Positions 22,198-64,000 of a stretch of 64,000 nucleotides of DNA are shown piece after piece. Position numbers and translations under genes: made by a program. Where the stretch lies: positions 27,614,503-27,678,502 of the forward strand of contig CM120640.1 in NCBI GenBank assembly GCA_051362555.1, in the 5' to 3' direction. Position 1 is the stretch's first letter. Each line of letters begins with the position of its first letter. The notes under the pieces are model-generated. The model did no database searches. It was not told the origin of the DNA and worked only from the letters and a program-made list of their open reading frames with translations. This DNA is from Lingula anatina. Taxonomy: Eukaryota; Animalia; Brachiopoda.

Positions 22198-22936
22198 CCT
22201 CCCCCTTCCTACACTTTAAGATTGGCCTATACCTTTCCCCGACCTATGCTAAATGCGTTTGAAAATATAATGTTCAAATATCCAAATATTGACCTACCAT
22301 TCATAATTCGGAAAAAAAGAAGAAACCCTTTAAATTAGTAAAAGTTGGTTTACTTGATGTATTTATTGAATTCTTTTTGAAATCTCAATTGTCGCAATGA
22401 GACTATGGCGATCTAAATGAATAATACGGATCTAAGTAATTTAATCAGCAATCGTTAAAAACATTGGATGAAGTGCACGAACCAAACGGATCGAGCAATG
22501 ATTAGTGAGCAGAAGGAAATATTTGTTTCCCTGTAGGAAAATTAGAATTAGAGATGATAATTGGACAACGCACTAATAAAATGATAATTGGTGTTTCAAA
22601 CTGTTTGAAATCCCCGACGCTACTTTTTAACTCATAGCTGTAAAACCAATATTTTTCTCAATGCTGTCTCACCCAACCTTGCAGTGATATCGAGTCGTAG
22701 TCACACTGGAGAAACAGAGCTAAAAATGCATTAGTTGTGACAAGTGTGGATAGCAATCACAACAAACACCTTACCTTTGTTAAGATTTACAACGAGGCTG
22801 TATTTTGTCATCACTAAAATAATGCCCTCGGGAGCGTAGGTGCAGAAGAGCTTACGGTAATTAAAGTCAAACCTCTTGTAATGAGGATATATGATGTTTC
22901 TTTTACCTTGAGGTCATGTAGGAAAATAAGTGGCAA

Positions 22937-25900
22937 ATGAAGAGGGGAGCCTCAGAAGACGGAAAAGGTATGTATTTTACGGCATTATTTACGTTGTTAT
23001 GGACTTATTTCGACTTGCTAAATCAAATGGTTATGGCAGTGCGGTCAACCTGTGCGGAGAGTACATTTCAATTTTACAGCATATTGATATGATAGGAGTT
23101 CAAAACAAAATTATAATTGATTTAAGATTTTAAGAAGTGCAATCTATGGAAAAAATGTGGTCGAGGGGGTGGTGAGGGGGCAGACAGCTGACAGCTAGTG
23201 CTCTATCTGGTACGTGGACAGAGCTGTACTTGCTTTTTGATTTCAATTTTGTGAACCAAGTTTGTTTTAGCCTCAGATCAGCATAAATGTGGGATGTATT
23301 ATTTTCCTAACACTTCGTTTATCTAGCATTGAACTGGTAAGCATACATTTTAGAAAAGAGATACTTCTTTAATTTCTTCATACTAGTATTTCGATTTTAT
23401 TGATTTCTAGTGTTAAGCTGTCAAGTGATGCAGCTCCTAAAAAAACTTCGAATCTCTGGATTTTCAGTGCTCAACTGTTTAAAGAAATCACAAGAATATA
23501 TATCTGATATTTCAAAATAAATTATTGTAGGCAAATTTTATAGAAATTAATATGTATGTAGTGTTGTGAAGCAGTCTTCAGAGTGTTTTAATGCTTCTTG
23601 GTCTATGACATTAGCATTTGGTCTCTTTTTATGAAGGTGAATCTCCATTTTAGTGTATTTTACAGTATTGTTATACTCCACCACAACAAGCACTTTTTTC
23701 ATGTAGCCTTTCTGTTTTACATATACGTGTAAGCAATTCGATTTATGACACTTTTCCCAAAAAAATGAAGAGTTGTTTTCTCTTTAAGGTAAAGTTTAGG
23801 CATGATTGCTATTTTACTTTTTTATGTATATTTAAAATATTTAGGGACTTATCACAATCTTTAAGAGATAACTTGTGTATGAAAAAGAAATATAAGATAC
23901 TTCTTGCTTATATCCATATATATATAGGTAAGAAGGTGTCATCTTGAAGTTTTTATAAAAGATTAGATATCAAAATATATATTAATGACATATCTTTGGC
24001 CTATCCTTTACCTTTAAATGTTGAAATATAAATATTTCTACTTCTTTTTAGTGACTAAAAATAAACACAAAAAGGGAATTTAATAATGATATTTTTGTTT
24101 ATTTTTATCTGTTAGAGGTGATATGATTATCAAGTAATTATTACTCAGAACCTTGGCCTGTGGATTTTTTTTTTTTTTTTATAAAAATATAATATTTTTT
24201 CTTTGACCTGTCTTGAAATATCAGTTAAAGAAAAGTGAAGGGGATTGCAAAGAGGCAGACAGAAATGTGGTTGAAGGCATCTAAATATTAATTGCTATAT
24301 AGAGACGCTGTTATGCTTTATTTATAATGCTGGAATTTAGAGTTCACACAACAAAGGACCAAGGAGCAAAGTGCAATCAAATTCTGTCTAGGCAATTGAA
24401 TAAAGGAATTAATCATATTCTGAAAACTGATCTTGCCTGTACCATTGAATACTCTTTGTCCTGTGCATATTTGATTAGCCTCAAATTTTATTTTCTTTTA
24501 ATGTTGACAGGGAGAAAGTTGGAGATGATAAAGTGGGATATTTACAATCCTCAGTCACTGTTTAGCTGTAGTGAGGGTGTGTGCATTGCACTTATTCCAA
24601 GTTGAAACTTGTACCTTGGAACTATTGGTTTGAACTGATCCCAGAGTTGTTTGAGTGTTACCAAGGCAACAAAGTCTACAGTACACTATCAGTAGCGCAG
24701 GGTGATTAATAGGGACAATATCAGTGTGATACATGTGTGGTATTCTCCAATAATCATGCCACTGCAATTGGATTTAGATATCATTTAAAGACTGGGAAAC
24801 TGTGCGGTATTTATTATGGAGCACGGCAACAGAACCTATCTGTCAACATTGTCAACTGTGAAAGAGATGTTGATTCAGGTCAAATGGCTTTACCCATGTA
24901 AATAGATTGCATTTGCTTTGTAAATTCTTCATGAGTTTCCAGCGTATGCTAGATACAGAGCACACAACAGGTATTGAATACTGAGAGATGTAGAGTGTGG
25001 ATGCTGATGATGTCAGGTATGTCAATATATAGTATTCGATTGTCACCAGCTGTACTGTAACTGTATATATATATATAATATTACTTAGTATATGTATAGT
25101 ATTACTGGCAATGAAACCGAAACTATTGACGAGATCTACTGTGCACTGTGTTTTGACCTTCTTGGCATACACTACCTGGCATGCAGCTCTTGGCATACAG
25201 CCATCTGGGATATATTCACCTGACATATGCCATTTGCATGTACATGTTTAAGTATACCCCTAGATAACCAACGTTTGTGGCAACTACCTTATGTGGCTCT
25301 CCCACCTGTTGTATCAACACTCTATCAACAGATCACAAGTTCACAACACCCTTAGGTAGTTAAGATTACAAAAATTAAAGTCATTGCTGGAGTGTATTTT
25401 ATATGATGTGACCCAGCTTCATAAAACTGCATCATCAGCATGTGGTGGCTTATGGATTTTACTGTTTCCTTGGTCGAGGTAAAAGGCTGCCTTGCATGCG
25501 TCTTGTCAAGAAAGTTGTTTTGGATTTGTGTCTGAGCCTTAGCTGTTATGTTGTGCATTAAATTACTGAGTAGATTTACTGCACAAAATGTGGTATCATT
25601 GTATACCATCATCATGCAGCACTTAAACTGAGATCATTGCAGTCAATGATTTAGAGTCATTATTCTAAAAATAAGACCATACATTTCATTTTAGAAACTA
25701 CAAAATTTTTTGGTCAAAATAGCATTAAAAAAAAATCTTTTTCTCTTATAAAGTCACTGGTTGTACATGGAAAAGCATGACTCTGATGGATGATTTTTTT
25801 TTATGGTGAACAGGAAAACACAAGAAACTGCATATTTATTCTGCACAGCCTTTTAAAAAATAAAGGAATTGCAGTGGTGATATGTTTGCTGGCCAAACCA

Positions 25901-28740
25901 GTGGATGGAAGTTCACACCAAGAGAGATTTTGTTTTTGATATTGCGGTATATAAATATGTACAGAACAGTTGTAAAGAGTGTAGTGTGCCATGTTTATGT
26001 TTCCTTTTATCTGATTAACACACCTACTACGTAATGGATATACATGTGCAGTTCAAAGTTTGTTATAACAGGTATGGCACATAGAAAATGGCCATTTCTG
26101 TGACACAGAATATACTATGTAGGAGTGTAATCTCTGATGAAGCTTGCCAAAATACAAAGTAAGTTTGTAATGACTGTTTTTACTATTGGGAATAGGCAGA
26201 AATTGTTCACCCAGAACTAAAAAGAATATGCAATGTATAGTACCAGTATATACCTCAAAATATGATCTGTTATTTCAGGTGGGACCAAGAAGTTTTTGTA
26301 CACTGGTCCCCAGTCAAAAAATGAAGATGAGAATGAATGGGATTTTACCCCAGTAAAAAAGAGTAAAGAAAGCACTAAAAACAGTTGTAAGTTTAGTTTA
26401 ACATTCACTGTTACATTGTTTATCTTCAGTGCTATTTGCTTGAGTTTTTTTCTCCATTTAGAACATTCTACATACAGCCAGTGTTGTAACAACGAGATAA
26501 CCTCTTGGTTTCATAGTCATTAATTATTCATCAAATTGCCTTATGTAATGACAATTTAACATTGAGTGATGTATAATTAAGGCACCTGTAATTTAATGGC
26601 CAGGAAAAATTTGATTATTATCATTGAGTAAATGTTTATGAGTTTCTGAATAGAAATAATGATTAATCTGTTAAACATATGGATCCTTTTGACATTTACA
26701 AAATTGACAATTTTGACATCAGGGGTGTTTATTTCTTAAAAATATTTAATAATGGAGAAACAATCAGTTTCAGTTGAAGCTAACTTGGAAGATGTCTGGA
26801 GTATAAAGAAAAATGTTGCTTTGGGAAGTCCTGTGCCCCAAAAAACTGATACTGGTCTAACTCTCAATGTGGGCAAGGGGTTCTACTCCAGGCATGCTGC
26901 ACTGAAAGGTGAGTAGACGGTAATGACTCGATCTTTTAATGGAGAAAATCATGAATTAAACAGAAACTGTGTTTTTTAAGTCATAAATTCTTATAGTTAG
27001 AACATTTCAATTGAAAGACAGCAGCAGAATTGAAAAGCAGGATTGGCTACCTTATAGTTAATACTGGGGGGTAGCAGGTGTTCTTTTCCTGAAAAAATGC
27101 GGACTTTTAACCAATTTTCGTGTACCTACATTGTATTTTTACCCAGAGCTGACCTTGTCTCCCTCTCCTCCCCCGCTGTGGACCTGAACAGCTTTTATAG
27201 CTATGATTGCTACACTCCTGTTTTTAAGCTGCAATACACTTCTCTCAATAGTAAAGCAGTAATGTATTGTTCATGTGTAGGCAGCTTTGATACTGTACCA
27301 TGATGCTTTCATAATATTGATTACAGTTGTATTATAAACTGTCCATAGGTTAGGGTCATTGGATTCTTATGGACATGATGTGTAAAAGTTTCATTTTTAA
27401 TTGTAATGAAAGTTCAAGAGGGTGGGGCTTAAGGCCCAGTTTAGGCTAAGATCGTATTTTATGGCATATCTATCAAATTAAATATCTCTTGCTATAAAAA
27501 TGTAGTATTTCGCTGGTTGTACAACTATGTATGTAATATCTGTATAAACTGTATTTCTATTAGCTCTGAACCACATCTCTCATAGTGTGATCAAGAACAA
27601 ATGTACTGTAAAAACAGACATCTCTGAAAAGGCTTGAATGCTGATAATGGACCTTTCTCTTAGTGTAATGTGATTCTACAATCTATATGTAATAGGTAGA
27701 TCTTATTCATTTTTCTTTGATTTTCTTTCAGATGAGGACTTGAACCATCAAAACATTACCGGTAACACTTCACCAGGTAAGTGAAAGTTTTTTCGAATGT
27801 CTATCATGTTTGCACTTAGAGCTTTGAATTGGTTATGTCTACAATATTTCCTTTGTGCACAAAGATTTTTTTGTAGACATTTGACTGTCAGGCCTGCTGA
27901 TCACGTCCAACAGCTTGGGGCAAACCAGAGATCAATTTTTACTTTCATGAAGCTTGTGCAGGTGTTTTCGTTGTTATTTGTTTTTATAACGGTATTATGT
28001 ATGCTCGGCAGTGTACACAGAATGTGTTGATGCTAATTGACCCGGGCAACCCATGGGGGTATTGATCTGAAGTTCTGAACAAAACAAACGTGCCATAAAA
28101 TAGCATTGTTATATTTTATTGTGAGGAACACACTAAAAAATTGCTTGAAAGAAATATATGCATGTTTTCGCCTTGGTATTGAATGTACTCTGCTGCTTGG
28201 GTGTATTGAAGATATATACTTTGGTTGCAGCAGTTCTTTCATTCCGTATCAGCCAAAGAATGTGTTGAATTTGCATTCAAGTTTGAAGCATTTTAGGACA
28301 TTTGCAATGAGTCATGCTTGCAGTCATGGCTTTTGTGCAATACCTTATAATTGAATATAAGAGTTGTCCTTGAGGAATAGAAGTTTTATAAATTTGAGTT
28401 TTTTTATTCTTTTAAGAATCTATTTTATATAATCTTAATAAAATAAGATCCTAATGATATCTCTCCAGCAAAATGAAATAACATTGTCATAGATAAAAAA
28501 TAGATATTTAATTGTCCTTCAGGTGGACGTTCATGGAGTCAGCCCAATCAGTCCAGATATTCCTATGCCCACACCAGTGCAGCAGCGGGGCAGGGACAGG
28601 TGCAGCCTGGAAGTCCCTCATCTTCTCCTAAAATACAGCAGGACAACATGGGAAGACTCAAAAGACAGAATAACCAAGGTGTTCAGAGCACCAGCGGCAA
28701 CGTCCAAAGCACAATGCAAAATAAGTCCAGATACTTTTGA
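22937..28740 (+). CDS. Uncharacterised ~178-aa low-complexity protein, 5 coding exons
   Basis: Exons 22937-22967, 26279-26386, 26774-26908 (or 26768), 27732-27776, 28523-28740. All four introns are GT-AG and phase 1, and the internal exons are 108, 135 and 45 nt, giving one open frame: MKRGASEDGKGGTKKFLYTGPQSKNEDENEWDFTPVKKSKESTKNSFEANLEDVWSIKKNVALGSPVPQKTDTGLTLNVGKGFYSRHAALKDEDLNHQNITGNTSPGGRSWSQPNQSRYSYAHTSAAAGQGQVQPGSPSSSPKIQQDNMGRLKRQNNQGVQSTSGNVQSTMQNKSRYF*. A non-coding first exon may end at 22856, and a U-rich 3' UTR runs to AATAAA at 30225. Confidence 0.75.
24560..25640 (-). mobile_element. Possible highly degraded CR1/L2-like LINE remnant in intron 1 of the unknown gene
   Basis: Higher-complexity block whose scattered minus-strand peptides (SISHHMLMMQFYEAG; KWHMS; IQLQWHD) loosely recall CR1-type RT and post-RT motifs; heavily disrupted. 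Confidence 0.3.
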
Positions 28741-30224
28741 TGCAAATATATTTATACTATCACAGAGATCTTTGAGAATATGCCGTCCAACATCTATATT
28801 AAAGAATTTATTTGATAAAGGCATGTTTATGCTTGAACTATTTTTTATTGGTATTTTACTGTAGGTTTGGCATCAAAAGTTTTCTTTGGAGCTAATTTAC
28901 ATTTTTGAAGAATCTTTGATGCATTTTAGAATGTTGAACCACAGTACACTTACAAAGACGCTTTTCACATTGAGCAGTATACCTAATCCATACAGTCTGT
29001 ATCATATTCTCCATGCTTACAGCTGTGCAGTTAAGAAAAATAATGGGCTGCGTTGAGTGTGGAGGATCTATTTAGGTAAATCCTTTACATAATAGCCAGA
29101 CTATTATTTGTCAATCTTTCACAGTGAACTAATCCAGATTGTATCACATAAGTATATTTTGTGATATAAAAAGGGGCCTAAATCTTTCAAATTATATAGT
29201 ATCTGGCATATAAAAAGAGTTGACATCAAATGTTCAGGGGTATTTCTCATATATTTTGTATGATTCCCTGCTTAGAGTTAATGCTTGATGTTGGGGAAGA
29301 ACATGCGGGTCCATGTTGTAGTTTCTATATCAAGTTTTGTGATGATACTTAAATGACATATTTGATAATTCTTATGTTTGAGCAGTTTGTAAGGGTGTGT
29401 GTACCTTAATATCTTTCTGTTAGAAAGAGATGGAATAAGGAATGGTGCCAAGTACTGTTGGGATGTTTTGAAAACAGATATTGCATTTTTCTTGAAACTT
29501 GCTTGCTGTAAGGCCAAAGTGCAGGCCAAGTTGGAGAAAAGACCCGATTAATTTCGAGCATTATTTCAAATATTGTGTTGTTTTATGTGATCCTTAACAG
29601 CTATTTACATGTATGTTACATGATTTTGTGTTAAAAACTTGTTTTATTGTGTTAGTGTTTAGACTGAATAATAGACTGAATTATTTCTTAGTGTTGATAA
29701 ACAATATAGTATACTTGTGGAGACAACTATATTTTTAAGAAAAATATTTAGCATTAACAAATTTAAGTGCGTTCAAAGGGTATTTACTAACATGTTTATT
29801 AACATTATTTCTTAATTTTGATACATTGCAAAATATTTTTGTGATAGTGGATAGATGTACTAAATTTATATTACAGAAATCATTTTTTAAATTATTGTTA
29901 GGATGTGCCAAATTTCAGATACAAAGCAACGTAGAAGTAGAATTCTTATCAGTCTTGTTGCAGTGTACTTTTGTTGGTAACAATATTTTATATTTATATC
30001 CTCTTTGTGACTGTCAGAATAATGGCATATTCTTCTGGAATGCTTTTAAAATGAACATGATGGAAAATTGGTTGTTTTGAAAAATTGACATATTATTATG
30101 AAAGACAATTGTTAGTAGTCACTGTTATTTTCAATAGATAGTGTAACCATATTAAGTCGGAATCTTTCTAGATTAACTGTTTATCTGACATTCCTTGCTT
30201 GTATATTTTAACAATAACTGTTAT

Positions 30225-30230
30225 AATAAA
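30225..30230 (+). terminator. Putative polyadenylation signal of the unknown plus-strand gene
   Basis: AATAAA at the end of a ~1.5-kb T/GT-rich tract after the stop codon. Confidence 0.5.
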
Positions 30231-30369
30231 GTTTCCCATGTGCTGGTAACAGAATATGTATATTTTTTCAGTAGATATTAATCTCCTTTTGAAGGGGATA
30301 ACTGTTTACATTACATTTTTGATTACATCTCTTAAAACAAAACCCGTCTTGTGACTCATAAAAGATTTT

Positions 30370-30375
30370 TTTATT
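30370..30375 (-). terminator. Putative polyadenylation signal of the dynein gene
   Basis: AATAAA on the minus strand ~710 nt after the dynein stop codon; the strand skew changes here. Confidence 0.5.
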
Positions 30376-31086
30376 TCGGTTGCACTAAAATGCACAAACA
30401 AAAAGCAATATATAAATATAGATTTGTTATTCAATCTCACACGTGCTTTCCCATAAAACCCCAATAATTATGCTATTATATTAGTCCACATTAAATATAT
30501 AATTCACAAATAAATCACAGTCTGTATAATAAAATGAGTAAATATGCTTCTCTAAAAAACGAGCCAACAGAAAAAAACATTTTATGCAGGTTTCCAGCTG
30601 ATAAAACATGGATTTCTTTTTCTTTTCACTTGAATGGAAATATAATATGCATTATCATATGTAAAGCTAAAATTCCATATATTATAATGCTTTGATAAAA
30701 TTTTTTACATTTTCATTGTATTGGAAGGAGAACTGACAAGTTGTAAATTGATTTTTCAACTTTCATATCACATATCTTCGAAGACTTGAATCCATTGGGA
30801 GTATGCGTGATCTTTATACAGAATTCAAAGCAGTCCATAAAATGGCATTCCAAGTATTTGGGTAATACTGCAGTGGGTTAAAACTGGACCCAGAACCATA
30901 AAGTTCAAATTATGCTTGTACAGGCAAAATAATTTCATATAATACATTAATCATGTCCTTGTTATCATTATGTTTAGTCCACATTGAGCAACTCAAGACT
31001 TCCAAAATGTGAAGAAATCAGGCAAGACAGAAATAAAGTGACCAATTCAAAAAACAAATACAAGTGAAAACGATACAATATTTAGA

Positions 31087-63846
<32,760 letters not shown>

Positions 63847-64000
63847 CTGTAATTAAACATTTGTAATGATCAATCTTTACAAAGGGATATATTTGACTGA
63901 ATGAAAGACATGGAAAAAAGAAAGTGCATAAGGCACTGTCAAACTTATATGAAGTTTTCAAAATAATTAATACAAACTGCATAAATTCAGATTTCTGCTA

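Noticed and set aside
24116-24532. Possible extra small exons in intron 1 of the unknown gene (24116-24133; 24511-24532)
   Set aside because: The first contains an in-frame TGA and the second is not a multiple of 3.
28523-28864. 113-aa ORF-track protein MDVHGVSP...
   Set aside because: It starts at a GTG that is the exon boundary; the phase-1 splice puts the exon in a different frame ending at 28740.

Overview
AT-rich, intron-rich animal genomic DNA; the repeat types suggest a marine invertebrate, probably a mollusc or other lophotrochozoan (inference). There are three protein-coding loci, all assembled by hand from splice sites. (1) A complete 18-exon Mondo gene (MLXIP/MLXIPL family bHLH-ZIP glucose sensor) on the minus strand, 20636->1269, about 953 aa, with a U12-type intron and several DNA-transposon insertions. 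(2) A small 5-coding-exon plus-strand gene, 22937->28740, about 178 aa and low-complexity, which I do not recognise and which the ORF track largely misses; it is head-to-head with Mondo and tail-to-tail with the dynein gene. (3) The 3' part (65 exons, N-terminus outside the window) of an outer-arm axonemal dynein heavy chain of the DNAH5/DNAH8 type on the minus strand, >63846->31087, with three candidate frame-preserving microexons (15, 18 and 21 nt) in unusually long introns. The repeats include nested TA-site MITEs, a TTAA (Kolobok-like) element, an 8-bp-TSD TIR element, Helentron-like elements with tandem arrays, degraded LINE fragments and microsatellites. I found no rRNA, tRNA or CRISPR array, and no clear evidence of a wholly new biological system. 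The best leads are the unrecognised gene, the dynein microexons and a possible hairpin over the U12 branch point.
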